Source of the DNA: Macrostomum hystrix
Lineage: Eukaryota > Animalia > Platyhelminthes
DNA length: 64,000 bases
Assembly: GCA_950097015.1 (NCBI GenBank)
Contig: CATNEN010000001.1
Coordinates: 4,712,001-4,776,000, forward strand
Direction of reading: 5' to 3'
The notes beneath the pieces are model-generated. The model was not told the origin of the DNA. It saw nothing but the letters and a program-made list of their open reading frames with translations, and did not search any database. Made by a program: the position numbers and the translations under genes. Of the stretch, positions 25,092-39,300 are shown in pieces. Each line of letters starts with the position of its first letter. Position 1 is the first letter of the stretch.

Positions 25092-25536
25092 TATAGGCAG
25101 TTGTTATTTGTCCGGTTAACCAGATAAATAGCCATTTGATTATTCGTCTGGTTAACTGAGTTATAACTAACTAAGTTATAAGGGGTTGTAGCACTACCAC
25201 AAGAACCTCTATCATTTGTAAGATAAAATAATAAACAAGCTGCAAAAGGACAGTCATTCAGATTTGAAGTTTGTCTCTCAAATTATTTTTGCTTATCAGC
25301 TAATTAAAAAAATTAAAACCTTATTCCAGAAATTCCGTTGTTTCACGGACTAACTTATTTCAAGGGTATAGTTTGGTCTTTGTGAGGTCAAGACTCAAGA
25401 TGGCTCTCAGCAGGGCAAGAGTGATCCTTGGGAGGATCATTGCTCCTGCTTGTTGAAAGGGGAGAAATTAAGTCCTTTGGTGATTAACCGGTTAACCAGA
25501 CGAATAATCAAACTGGACAAATAACAACTACCTATA
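25092..25536. mobile_element. MITE-like element with TIR TATAGG(C/T)AGTTGTTATTTGTCC
   Basis: About 26-bp terminal inverted repeat plus a second inverted block TTTGATTATTCGTCTGGTTAAC; no clear 8-bp TSD. Confidence 0.7.
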
Positions 25537-25721
25537 TCCATAATGATAAATTTGTTTTTAATTAATGATGACTATATATAAATTGTAATATATATATATA
25601 TATAATGCTATAAGTATAGGCCTATAGTTTATTTGTTACTTGTTACTATTAAAAGACTAAGTTTGGAGTTCAAAAAGTAGTGCAAATCAAATTTTCATTT
25701 TCAGCAAATCAAATATTAATA

Positions 25722-26052
25722 CTAATGTTTGTATCTTGCACCTAGGTCATTGAGCTTGATTCTGTGGCAAGGTCACTTTTATTTGGGATGCTGCCATGGA
25801 GAAAAGGCTTAGGGGCTTATTGTGTAGTTTATACCCTTAGGACAATCTTTAGGGCATAGGGAGAGTGTACACTACCTGACAATGAGAAACTCAGGGCAGA
25901 TGTACACACTTGTATGAGTGTATGCCTGCATATGTTATCTGTATGCATGTGCACCCAGGAGTCAACAAAATGGACAAAATTACATTCTCACTTGTTGTAG
26001 GTCTAGTGTCACCAACTGACATGTCATTATCCATAGCCCTCCTGTTATTATT
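25722..26052 (+). mobile_element. SINE family B, CpG-eroded copy
   Basis: Colinear with the reverse complement of 36705-37035 over about 330 bp, including the ATT tail. Confidence 0.8.
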
Positions 26053-27035
26053 TTAATTTTTATATTCTAATTAATTCAATAGTAGTTACTATTACCTTTA
26101 ATCATTGGCTAGTAAAATGGATTTCCTTAGCTTCCCACACTATTAAAACAACAATAGCTACATACTAAGTTTTTTTATTGGGTTAATTTAATGCAAAATA
26201 AATATTCTGGTTTGTTTAAAGAAAAAATTATATTAAACACCAAAAATTTGTTGTTCATTGATTTGATTGCTGAAAGTAATCACACAATTTTTAATTATGT
26301 AAATTCAAGAAATTAACTATCAAGTAACAGGAAAGAGATAGTTATAATGTAGCACTGCTATTGATCCTTAACCACTTTAAATGGAATCATGTCATTCTGA
26401 GAAATAATGTCATTGATTATGTATATGTTTAATGTGTTCCAGGCATTTCTGCAGTGTCAACATGAGATTCACATGAAAGAAAGCAGAAGAATGAAGCAGT
26501 AACTGTTATGGTTCGCTAGGAAAAAAATACAGTACTGTGGCAATAAGTCTAATAAGTGTTCCAGAAGCCTCCCAGTGCATTCTTGGTTGCACCCAGGAAA
26601 TCAATTGGTTTTGATCCTGATTGGATGGATAGGATTGGATGTGAAAAATATATTATTTGCTACTTGCTTGCTCATGGGCAATGGTAGGTTCTTGGCCCAT
26701 TAATAATGCCAGAATGACTATTTTGGGTTATGTTGTAGCTAATATGTGAGTTCTACCAGTGAATTAATGAAAAAAAATTTCAAATTAGATATTAAAGCAA
26801 CGACACAAACTATTTTTCCAGCATCCAATAACCAGTGCAAACCTATAGGAACTTTGTCGCTTGCCATACAAAACACCTGCCGCTTACTGTTTTTTTCTCT
26901 AATAAATCTTTCAAGTTGAATAGTAATATATATTCAATGTTTTATTTGCAGCTGCTCCTATATAAACAATCTGTTTTCAAGCTCTAAGCATTGCTTTTGT
27001 TTTACCCAACAACAAGAAGGAAGTCTCGGGTAAAA

Positions 27036-30000
27036 ATGGCTGCCGTCAAAGATTCTCCACCAAAAACAGCTGAAACTCGCAGCAGCGTGTTCAAGGCTGT
27101 GTTCTTTACTCTGCTGTTGGACCTGCTGGGATTCACGTTAATTCTGCCACTATTTCCTTCAATATTGGATCACTTTGCAGCTCTGGGAGATGTGAGTTGT
27201 ACTTTCCTACTGAATTCTTTAAGTCTCTCAAGTCGCTTATCTCATCTTCAATCAATAACTCAAACAAAATCCTTACTCTCCCTCAGTCTCTAATCTCACC
27301 ATTCAGTCTCTAATCTTACTCTCAGTATCTAATCTCACCATTCAGTCTCTAATCTTATTCTTAGTCTCTAATCTCATCCTGAATCTCTAACTCCCTCAAA
27401 GTCCTAACTCACCCAATGTGTCTAATCTTATTCTTAGTCTCTAATCTCACCATTCAGTCTCTAATCTCACCATTCAGTCTCTAATCTCACCATTCAGTCT
27501 CTAATCTCACCATGCAGTCTCTAATCTCACCATTCAGTCTCTAATCTCACCATTCAGTCTCTAATCTCACCATGCAGTCTCTAATCTCACCATCACTCTC
27601 ATCTTCTCTAATCTCACCATCAGTCTCAAATCACTCAAAGTCTATAATCTCACTCGAGTTCTCTAATCTCACCATTCAGTCTCTAATCTCACCATTCAGT
27701 CTCAACCCTCTCCGCGCAGGAGCAGCCGCTATTTAGCGAGTTCAAGCGCGCTTCACAGCGGTTTCGTGTCAGCCTTGGCATCCCGGATTTGCCTCAGCAG
27801 CAGCAGCAGCCGTCTAGAAGTTGGGATTCTGTTCTATTAGGCGGATTACTCGGCTCATTGTTCTCCATATTGCAGTTTATTTCGGCGCCACTAGCCGGCA
27901 GTCTATCAGATTACATTGGCCGTTTGCCAGTACTAACAATGTCACTAATTGGCACAGCTGTAGCCTATTCAGTTTGGGCCGCATCTGCCAGTTCATTTGG
28001 CGCATTCCTTGCCTCCAGAGTGATAGCCGGCCTGGCTAGATGCAGTGTCACAGTCTGCACAGCGTCTGTTAGCGACGCTTCCGACACTGAGCACAGGGGT
28101 CGGGGCATGCTCTGGATTGGTCTAGCGTTTAGTTTGGCATTCTCAACCGGACCAATCATTGGCGCCGCCCTGGCCCATTCTATGCGCTCTAATCCTGCTG
28201 GCAATTTCGCTTATCCAGCCCTGCTGGCACTGATGTTCGCTTTGCTGGCTCTGATTGTAGCTAGATTGAGTCTGTCAGAGACTGTTCAACAAGCTGGCAG
28301 ACTCAATGACAGCTCAACAAACACTGGTCGGTTCTATGGCGCTATTAGACTGTTGAATCCTTTCAGATTGTTTGCATTCGACGCTATGCCTTCGGCTGGA
28401 CATTGGGGTGAGAAGTGTAACAGTGTTTAATAGTGTTATAAGTTAATTAATAATTTTATTAATACCCTTAAGGTTTAGGGTTCGAAAACTAGTAAAAATT
28501 TGTGCCATAGGTCCTGGGTTTGAATCTCCTTCAAGGTTAGCCGCAAAGGCTGGGCGCATTTAACTGTAGGAATATGAGAGATGAGACAGGGTAGAGTTGA
28601 GATACGGGAGAGATGAGACACAGGAGAGATGAGACAGGGTAGAGTTGAGATACGAGAGAGATGAGACACAGGAGAGATGAGACAGGGTAGAGTTGAGATA
28701 CGAGAGAGATGAGACACAGGAGAGATGAGACACGGGAGAGATGAGACACGGGAGAGTTGAGATACGAGAGAGATGAGACACAGGAGAGATGAGACAGGGT
28801 AGAGTTGAGATACGAGAGAGATGAGACACAGGAGAGATGAGACAGGGTAGAGTTGAGATACGAGAGAGATGAGACACAGGAGAGATGAGATAGGGTAGAG
28901 TTGAGATACGAGAGAGATGAGACACAGGAGAGATGAGACAGGGTAGAGTTGAGATACGAGAGAGATGAGACACAGGAGAGATGAGACAGGGTAGCGTTGA
29001 GATACGAGAGAGATGAGACAGGGTAGAGTTGAGATACGAGAGAGATGAGACACAGGAGAGATGAGACAGGGTAGAGTTGAGATACGAGAGAGATGAGACA
29101 CAGGAGAGATAACACACGGGAGAGATAACACACGGGAGAGATAACACACGGGAGAGATAACACACGGGAGAGAACACACGGGAGAGATGAGACACGGGAG
29201 AGATAACACACAGGAGAGATAAGACATGGCTGAGATAACACACGGCAGATAACACACGGGAGAGATAACACACGGCAGAGATAACACACGGCAGAGAACA
29301 CACGGGAGAGATAACACACGGGAGAGAACACACGGGAGAGAGAACACACGGGAGAGATGAGACATGGCTGAGATAACACACGGCAGATAACACACGGGAG
29401 AGAACACACGGGAGAGAGAACACACGGGAGAGATGAGACAGGGTAGAGTTGAGATACGAGAGAGATGAGACAGGGTAGAGTTGAGATACGAGAGAGATGA
29501 GACACAGGAGAGATGAGACAGGGTAGAGTTGAGATACGAGAGAGATGAGACACAGGAGAGATAACACACGGGAGAGATAACACACGGGAGAGATAACACA
29601 CGGGAGAGATAACACACGGGAGAGAACACACGGGAGAGATGAGACACGGGAGAGATAACACACAGGAGAGATGAGACATGGCTGAGATAACACACGGCAG
29701 ATAACACACGGGAGAGATAACACACGGCAGAGATAACACACGGCAGAGAACACACGGGAGAGATGAGACATGGCTGAGATAACACACGGCAGATAACACA
29801 CGGCAGAGATAACACACGGCAGAGATAACACACGGCAGAGAACACACGGCAGATAACACACGGGAGAGATGAGACACGGCTGAGATAACACACGGCAGAT
29901 AACACACGGCAGAGATAACACACGGCAGAGAACACACGGGAGAGATAACACACGGCAGAGAACACACGGGAGAGATAACACACGGGAGAGAGAACACACG

Positions 30001-33000
30001 GGAGAGATGAGACATGGCTGAGATAACACACGGCAGATAACACACGGCAGATAACACACGGGAGAGATGAGACACGGCTGAGATAACACACGGCAGATAA
30101 CACACGGCAGAGATAACACACGGCAGAGATAACACACGGCAGAGAACACACGGGAGAGATAACACACGGGAGAGAACACACGGGAGAGAGAACACACGGG
30201 AGAGATGAGACATGGCTGAGATAACACACGGCAGATAACACACGGCAGATAACACACGGGAGAGATGAGACACGGCTGAGATAACACACGGCAGATAACA
30301 CACGGGAGAGAACACACGGGAGAGATAACACACGTGAGAGAACACACGGGAGAGATAACACACGGGAGAGAACACACGGGAGAGAGAACACACGGGAGAG
30401 ATGAGACATGGCTGAGATAACACACGGCAGAGAACACACGGGAGAGAACACACGGGAGAGAACACACGGGAGAGATAACACACGTGAGAGAACACACGGG
30501 AGAGAAAACACGGGAGAGATAACACACGGGAGAGAAGACACGGGAGAGATAACACACGGGAGAGATGAGACACGGGAGAGATAACACACGGGAGAGATAA
30601 CACACGGGAGAGATAACACACGGGAGAGATAACACACGGGAGAGAACACACGGGAGAGATAACACACGGGAGAGATGAGACACGGCTGAGATAACACACG
30701 GCAGATAACACACGGGAGAGAACACACGGGAGAGAACACACGGGAGAGATAACACACGGCAGAGAACACACGGGAGAGATAACACACGGGAGAGAACACA
30801 CGGGAGAGAGAACACACGGGAGAGATGAGACATGGCTGAGATAACACACGGCAGATAACACACGGGAGAGAACACACGGGAGAGAGAACACACGGGAGAG
30901 ATGAGACAGGGTAGAGTTGAGATACGAGAGAGATGAGACAGGGTAGAGTTGAGATACGAGAGAGATGAGACACAGGAGAGATAACACACGGGAGAGATAA
31001 CACACGGGAGAGATAACACACGGGAGAGATAACACACGGGAGAGATAACACACGGGAGAGAACACACGGGAGAGATGAGACACGGGAGAGATAACACACA
31101 GGAGAGATGAGACATGGCTGAGATAACACACGGCAGATAACACACGGGAGAGATAACACACGGCAGAGATAACACACGGCAGAGAACACACGGGAGAGAT
31201 GAGACATGGCTGAGATAACACACGGCAGATAACACACGGCAGAGATAACACACGGCAGAGATAACACACGGCAGAGAACACACGGCAGATAACACACGGG
31301 AGAGATGAGACACGGCTGAGATAACACACGGCAGATAACACACGGCAGAGATAACACACGGCAGAGAACACACGGGAGAGATAACACACGGGAGAGAACA
31401 CACGGGAGAGAGAACACACGGGAGAGAGAACACACGGGAGAGATGAGACATGGCTGAGATAACACACGGCAGATAACACACGGCAGATAACACACGGGAG
31501 AGATGAGACACGGCTGAGATAACACATGGCAGATAACACACGGCAGAGATAACACACGGCAGAGAACACACGGGAGAGATAACACACGGGAGAGAACACA
31601 CGGGAGAGAGAACACACGGGAGAGATGAGACATGGCTGAGATAACACACGGCAGATAACACACGGCAGATAACACACGGGAGAGATGAGACACGGCTGAG
31701 ATAACACACGGCAGATAACACACGGCAGAGATAACACACGGCAGAGATAACACACGGCAGAGAACACACGGGAGAGATAACACACGGGAGAGAACACACG
31801 GGAGAGAGAACACACGGGAGAGATGAGACATGGCTGAGATAACACACGGCAGATAACACACGGCAGATAACACACGGGAGAGATGAGACACGGCTGAGAT
31901 AACACACGGCAGATAACACACGGGAGAGAACACACGGGAGAGATAACACACGTGAGAGAACACACGGGACAGATAACACACGGGAGAGAACACACGGGAG
32001 AGAGAACACACGGGAGAGATGAGACATGGCTGAGATAACACACGGCAGAGAACACACGGGAGAGAACACACGGGAGAGAACACACGGGAGAGATAACACA
32101 CGTGAGAGAACACACGGGAGAGAAAACACGGGAGAGATAACACACGGGAGAGAAGACACGGGAGAGATAACACACGGGAGAGATGAGACACGGGAGAGAT
32201 AACACACGGGAGAGATAACACACGGGAGAGATAACACACGGGAGAGATAACACACGGGAGAGAACACACGGGAGAGATAACACACGGGAGAGATGAGACA
32301 CGGCTGAGATAACACACGGCAGATAACACACGGGAGAGAACACACGGGAGAGATAACACACGGGAGAGAACACACGGGAGAGAGAACACACGGGAGAGAT
32401 GAGACATGGCTGAGATAACACACGGCAGAGAACACACGGGAGAGAACACACGGGAGAGATAACACACGTGAGAGAACACACGGGAGAGAACACACGGGAG
32501 AGATAACACACGGGAGAGAAGACACGGGAGAGATAACACACGGGAGAGATGAGACACGGGAGAGATAACACACGGGAGAGATAACACACGGGAGAGATAA
32601 CACACGGGAGAGATAACACACGGGAGAGAACACACGGGAGAGATAACACACGGGAGAGATGAGACATGGCTGAGATAACACACGGCAGATAACACACGGC
32701 AGATAACACACGGCAGATAACACACGGCAGATAACACACGGCAGATAACACACGGCAGAGATAACACACGGGAGAGATAACACACGGCAGAGATAACACA
32801 CGGCAGAGATAACACACGGCAGAGATAACACACGGCAGATATAACACACGGCAGAGATAACACACGGCAGAGATAACACACGGGAGAGATGAGACATGGC
32901 TGAGATAACACACGGCAGATAACACACGGCAGATAACACACGGCAGATAACACACGGCAGATAACACACGGCAGATAACACACGGGAGAGATAACACACG

Positions 33001-34511
33001 GCAGAGATAACACACGGCAGAGAACACACGGGAGAGAACACACGGGAGAGATAACACACGGGAGAGATAACACACGGGAGAGATAACACACGGGAGAGAA
33101 CACACGGGAGAGATAACACACGGGAGAGATGAGACATGGCTGAGATAACACACGGCAGATAACACACGGCAGATAACACACGGCAGATAACACACGGGAG
33201 AGAACACACGGGAGAGATAACACACGGGAGAGAACACACGGGAGAGATAACACACGGGAGAGATGAGACATGGCTGACATAACACACGGCAGATAACACA
33301 CGGCAGATAACACACGGCAGAGATAACACACGGCAGATAACACACGGCAGAGATAACACACGGCAGAGATAACACACGGCAGATAACACACGGGAGAGAT
33401 AACACACGGGAGAGATAACACACGGGAGAGAACACACGGGAGAGATAACACACGGGAGAGAACACACGAGAGAGAGAACACACGGGAGAGATGAGACATG
33501 GCTGAGATAACACACGGGAGAGAACACAAGGGAGAGATAACACACGGGAGAGAACACACGTGAGATATAACACCTAATAGTCCTTGTGGTAACACGCTTG
33601 ACTTCAGCGTTAAAGGTCGCGAGTTCGAATCATCAATGAATTTTCCCATCCGCAGAGCGCAGCCAAATGCGTCGCATAGCGTCGGTGTACTTTCTGTTCT
33701 TGACTCTGTTCTCCGGCCTAGAGTTCACTCTGCCTTTCTTGGCCCATCTGCGGTTGGGCTTCAGTCGCGGCCAGCAGGGTGTCATGTTTCTATTCATTGG
33801 CATTGTTAGCGCACTACTGCAAGGCGGCCTGGTGCGCAGACTGAAGGCTGGGTCCGAACGCAAGCTGGCTAGCTTAGCCATAGCAGCGCTCCTTCCAGCT
33901 GGCTTGTTGCTAGGCAACGCAACTAGTTACACAATGTTCTATTCTGGCGTTCTATTATTCTCTATGTGCTCCGCCTGTCCCGTGCCAGCATTGACCGCAT
34001 TGCTGTCCCAGTTGGCGCCGCTAGAGTCGCAGGGCCAAGCACTTGGCGTGCTGCGCTCTCTGGGCTCCTTGGCTCGCGCTGTTGGACCACTGCTGGCCTC
34101 ATTGGGTATGTGTGAAAAAATCCTAGTCCGATATTCATTACTAGCCTACTTTTAGTAGACTAAAAAATCCTATCTTTTTATTTATAAAATGATAACTTGC
34201 CTACTCACAGTAGGCTAAATCTAATATTTCATCAAGTTCTTCTAAGCATTATAAGCACCCAATATGGAATTAGTTAACTAAAAAATTGTAACACAAATTC
34301 GCTACTTGCCTACTTGTACTAAGAGGGATGATTAAGAAGTATTCTTTCTCGAGTTTTGAATTTTTATTCACCCCTCGTTTCTCCATTAGCATTCTGGCTC
34401 TACGGGCCGACAATGAGTTACAGCATCGGCGGCCTAGCGGTCATTGTGCCGCTAATGCAACTCCTGCTTAAAGTTCAACAGCCTTCGGCAGCGGAGTTGA
34501 AAACCGATTAA
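27036..34511 (+). CDS. MFSD10: Major facilitator superfamily domain-containing protein 10 (TETRAN-like), about 471 aa; exons 27036-27191, 27720-28407, 33656-34105, 34390-34511
   Basis: VFFTLLLDLLGFTLILPLFP, SVLLGGLLGSLFSILQFISAPLAGSLSDYIGR (MFS motif A), LFSGLEFTLPFLAHLR and QGQALGVLRSLGSLARAVGP match MFSD10. GT-AG phases 0/1/1 are consistent; stop TAA 34509-34511. Confidence 0.92.
27285..27705. repeat. 20-bp minisatellite CAGTCTCTAATCTCACCATT in MFSD10 intron 1
   Basis: Tandem units ending about 15 bp before the acceptor. Confidence 0.92.
28575..33570. repeat. 5-kb compound 14/16-bp minisatellite (GAGATGAGACACGGGA / GAGATAACACACGGGA) in MFSD10 intron 2
   Basis: Mosaic of related monomers; same family as the arrays at 1290-1570 and 55640-56300. 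Confidence 0.97.
33575..33632 (+). mobile_element. tRNA-like SINE head remnant
   Basis: GTGGTAACACGCTTGACT...GGTCGCGAGTTCGAATC (A/B-box layout) with no acceptor stem. Confidence 0.5.
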
Positions 34512-35749
34512 CATGCTTTGTCTAATGCTTACAACATGCTTATATCTTATTTTGAACTTTTTAATAGAATCACGTGAATCATTTTAATCGCTGATTGGTT
34601 TTGAAATCTCTTCTTGATTACTGGCTTGGCTGTAAAATTCTGATATTAATTTTGTTTTTGTGTATTTTGTTAAGCGTTTGACACATTCTTATATTTATAC
34701 TCGCATATTCGCTTTACTCTACTAGATTAGTAGTCTCTAGAATATATTATATAATCAATTTCAAAATTTGTCTTCCAGTTTGCTTGAAAAAACTATTTAT
34801 GCTTCGTCATACCTAGACATTGAGTTGCAATTTCGCTTACTGATGATGCACATGACCAGATTTACTATAAATATCATCAGGTGCTAAAAATTAATGTATT
34901 TAGGCATTTTCCTAGAAATTTAACAACGATCTAAAAAAGAACGTTTAAGATATTTTTTTGATCTTTTAAACGAAAATTAAATTCTATTCTGCTGTGCTAA
35001 ATATTTCTATTTACTTTTGCTTCTAATTGCATACTAGTGAAAGACTACAATTACACTTTTATCCGGACTTCTTCACATATTTTAACAAGTTGCTTACTTT
35101 AAATTAAATTAGACAATTCAAAATGACAGATTGGCTGAAAATTCAGATTTATAGTATTTTTTTTTATTTTAATAAGTTTTTGAAAAAATAATTTTGCACT
35201 ACTTAACAAGAATAGCAGTAGCATAGATAGTAAATAATGTCATATCTTTATAGATTCGTGCATCAAAATAGTTCAAATTCAAATTCTTAAATGAATCAGT
35301 GGAAGATTGTAAGATTCAACAATCAGTGTTCGAAGCCACACCGCGATCTGCCAGATTTTTGGTTGCTAAGTGTACAAGCCTACACAATAAATGCTGTAAT
35401 ATTGATTGTGAGATAGTGTTGGTGGCACAGATAGAAAAATCACATTTGCAAAAATCATCCTACCTAGAAACAAAACAGTATAAAAAATTATAACTAAAAA
35501 AGTTGCAAACGAACCAGTGTTGAATTTGTGGAGAAAAACTTTATAAAAATCGATCAGTTCTTTAACCTACAAAAATATCAAACTACATAATACGGCAGCG
35601 AAATTCTACATCTTACAAATGATACAAGTTTTTTCTAGATTCAAGGATACATTAAAAATGTTTCAGTCAACAATATTACAGAGAATACAAAAACTTGTTC
35701 TGAAAGAAGACAAAAAACGAAACGTCAGCAACGAAACAGATTAGCAGTA

Positions 35750-36285
35750 GAGAGAAGAGATAAGACGGAGTGGGAGAGAAGACATTGGAGGGTAGGGAAG
35801 AGAAGAGATGGGAAGGAAGGGGAGAGAAGAGATTGGAAGAAGGGGAGAGAAGAGATTGGAAGGAAGGGGGAGAAGAGATGGGGTAGGGGAGAGAAAAGTT
35901 GGGGGGGTAGAGGAGAGAAGAGATGGGAGGGTAGAGGAGAGAAGAGATAAGAGGGTAGAGGAGAGAAGAGATGGAAGGGTAGAGGAGAGAAGAGATAAGA
36001 GGGTAGGGGAGAGAAGAGATGGGAGGGTAGAGGAGAGAAGAGATTGGAGGGTAGGGGAGAGAAGAGATTGGAGGGTAGGGGAGAGAAGAGATGGGAAGGA
36101 AGGGGAGAGAAGAGATGGGAAGGAAGGGGAGAGAAGAGATTGGAAGAAGGGGAGAGAAGAGATTGGAAGGAAGGGGGAGAAGAGATGGGGTAGGGGAGAG
36201 AAGAGATTGGAAGGAAGGGGGAGAAGAGATGGGGTAGGGGAGAGAAGAGATGGGGTAGGGGAGAGAAGAGATGGGGTAGGGCAGA
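35750..36285. repeat. Purine-rich about 24-bp repeat (GGAGAGAAGAGATGGGAGGGTAGA) just 3' of the MFSD8 stop
   Basis: Degenerate tandem units. Confidence 0.85.
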
Positions 36286-36318
36286 GATCCTTTAATCCCA
36301 GATGGTCAGGCACAGCAG

Positions 36319-39300
36319 CTAGATTTCAGCGTAGGTCCCGTAGCCCCGCTGTCGAAGTAGGCGCACCCGGTAGACATCGAATGGCACCAGACGCTTGGCG
36401 AAGGCCACCACAGCCACCAGGCTGAGCAGTACCAGCCCTGAGCTGGTCAGAAACGAAGCCTGCGGCCCGTAGCCGGCGAACAACAGGCTGATGGTGATGG
36501 GACCGATGCAGCGGGCGAGACTGCCGCCTCCTGTCAGGATGCCCATCCAAACACCCTGCGGGTAGGGGGTGGTGACGCCATCTATGATAATCCGAATTGG
36601 GATTTCAACTTTCTAATCCCAAAATTGGGATTTTTTAGTAATATACACAGATTGGGATTTCAGATTGGAAATTTTAGAATTGTGAATTTGGGTAATAAGA
36701 AAAAATAATAATTGCAGGAGGGCTGCGGGAAGTGGCACATCATTTGGTGACACTAGACCCGCAGCCAGCGAGGAGGCAATTCTGCCCATTTCGCTGACTC
36801 CTGAGCACACACGCACAGATACTATGCGCAGGCACACGCTCACACATGTGTGTACATCTGCCCTGACTTTCTTATAGTCAGGCAGTGTGCACTTCACTGT
36901 GCCTAGGAGGTTGGCCCTCAAGGACGTAAATTGCACGACAATCCCCCAAGCCTTCTCTCCGCGGCTGCGCCCCAAATGAATGTGGCCTCGCCGCAGAATC
37001 GAACTTAGGGACCTTGGTGCGAGAGGCAAACGCGATAACCGCTCTGCACCGACCCCCCTATAAATTTGGCTAAAAATCCTCAAATTGTGATTTGGGCTAG
37101 GATCTGAGATGTTTAAACTTGGGATTTTTCGAATATCCTATTCCTATTTTAAGGATCGAAGGCCTTTAAGATCCATTTTTTTGGCTTTAATATTCTTGAA
37201 TATGGATTTCAGTAATAAAATAAAAAAGGGATGTAGACTTTAAGATCCCCAATTTTTTATCTTGGCTTTGAAATCCTCAAACTAGAGACTATTCGAACTA
37301 AGATTCCCATTTTAGGATATCCTTCTCTAATTTGGATTTCGTTCTTAAGATCCCCAAAGTGGGATTATTTTTAAATTTGGATTCTCAAAAAGTGAACTCA
37401 CCTGTCTAATTGGACCGAGAATCTTAGTCAGCACAGACGACACCAGCACAATGGCAATAGGATATCCGATAGAGTGCACAGCGATTGCAATAATTCCCAG
37501 GGACAATTTCACAGCCGGCACATGATAGCACCAGGCCAGGTTGGGAGAGCAGCCACCAGAATGGTCTTCGAATCTGACAGCCAGACTGCCGGCCTCAGAG
37601 CTGGTCATATTGGCTATGAAATATGGGCGCAGAGGTGCAGGCGGCCCGAACCAGGGACTGATGAGCATGAACGCAGCGAAGGTTAGAGTCAGCGCGCCAA
37701 TGATCAGGTCGTTCTCTGTCACACTGCATGGATAGAAAGAAAAAGAAAATTTTCTTTTATTTTTCTCTTGCATTTACATAATAATAGTAGTCATACTAAT
37801 AATAATTGTACTTGATTGCACGTACAGTCCATGGACTGGGGGGACGCCACACCCACCCTCAATTATCAAGCAATGCAGAGTTAAGTGTCTTACTAAAGGA
37901 CACAAATTGTTCCAGTGGAGTCGGGAATCGAACTCCCGACCTTCGAGTCGTGAGTCGGACGTAATAAAAACTCGATTGATACTACTAAGCTTCCGTTTAA
38001 AAAGCAACTAAAAACGCGTTTAATACTACTTACATCATTTCATTTAAGTCTTTACATACTAGCGAAAAAAGTAAGACGAATAGAATTTTGTCACCATATT
38101 TTTATTATCAACTGTGAAAAAGGAAAAGAACTTATAGGATTCGAACCAACGACCCACCGAGTCCCGAAACTCACATTCTAGCCCAGAATCTGATTGACAC
38201 AAATGACAGCATTGAGATAAAGCCGCAGACAGCCAGTGCGATGCCATTGTACAGTGACGCCTGCTCCTTGTTCCAAGCGAACATTACCTGACTTAGCGGT
38301 GTCATGATACTGAAATACAATGTGAAAGTGACAGGCCATTTGGTATAGTGCGCAACAATTCGCTGCCATAAAGTAAGTTTCACTGAGCTCAAAGTCCTTC
38401 ACAATCTTAATAGTCATGCAGCTACTGCAATCTGCACTTTGCTGCCTTATCAGCCTTCGTTTCTTAGTCTCTGGAAATTTTTTTTCAATTTCAAGGCAAA
38501 GGTTCATTTTCAAAAAAAAAATTTCTCAAGCTTGCAAACTAACTGACCTCTTTGTGCCCATTTTTGCATTACCAATTAAGAAATTGTAGCTTGTAGGCAA
38601 GTTAGACTGGGCTTACAGTTAACAGGTAACTTCTCCATTGAATAGCGTGGATGAAAATTACAGCTAGCAACATACCCCTGTTAACTGACCTAGCTAGCTT
38701 AATCTTTTGCTACTATTCTAGACATTTCTGGACTATCATTTTAATTTGCTTCGATTCTAAAAGACGATTCTGTCTGGTTCGATTCTATAATACGATTCTG
38801 TCTGGTTCGATTCTATAATGCGATTCTGTCTGGTTCGATTCTATAATACGATTCTGTCTGGTTCGATTCTCTGGTTCAATTCTATAATGCGGATTCTGTC
38901 TGGTTCGATTCTATAATGCGATTCTGTCTGGTTCGATTCTATAATACGATTCTGTCTGGTTCGATTCTATAATGCGATTCTGTCTGGTTCGATTCCATAA
39001 TACGATTCTGTCTGGTTCGATTCTAGAATACGATTCTGTCTGGTTCGATTCTATAATACGATTCTGTCTGGTTCGATTCTAGAATACGATTCTGTCTGGT
39101 TCGATTCCATAATACGATTCTGTCTGGTTCGATTCCATAATACGATTCTGTCTGGTTCGATTCTATAATACGATTCTGTCTGGTTCGATTCCATAATACG
39201 ATTCTGTCTGGTTCGATTCCATAATACGATTCTGTCTGGTTCGATTCTATAATACGATTCTGTCTGGTTCGATTCTATAATACGATTCTGTCTGCTTCGA

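Noticed and set aside
33575-33632. Possible tRNA gene (also 38137-38170 and 47519-47545)
   Set aside because: Only box or T-arm fragments with no full cloverleaf; better explained as SINE remnants.
28475-33649. 1665-1724 aa ORFs in three minus frames
   Set aside because: Stop-free translation of a minisatellite inside an MFSD10 intron.
34840-34881. CTGATGAT...ATCATCAG as C/D snoRNA or hammerhead
   Set aside because: No properly placed D box or GAAA core; only an 8-bp inverted repeat.
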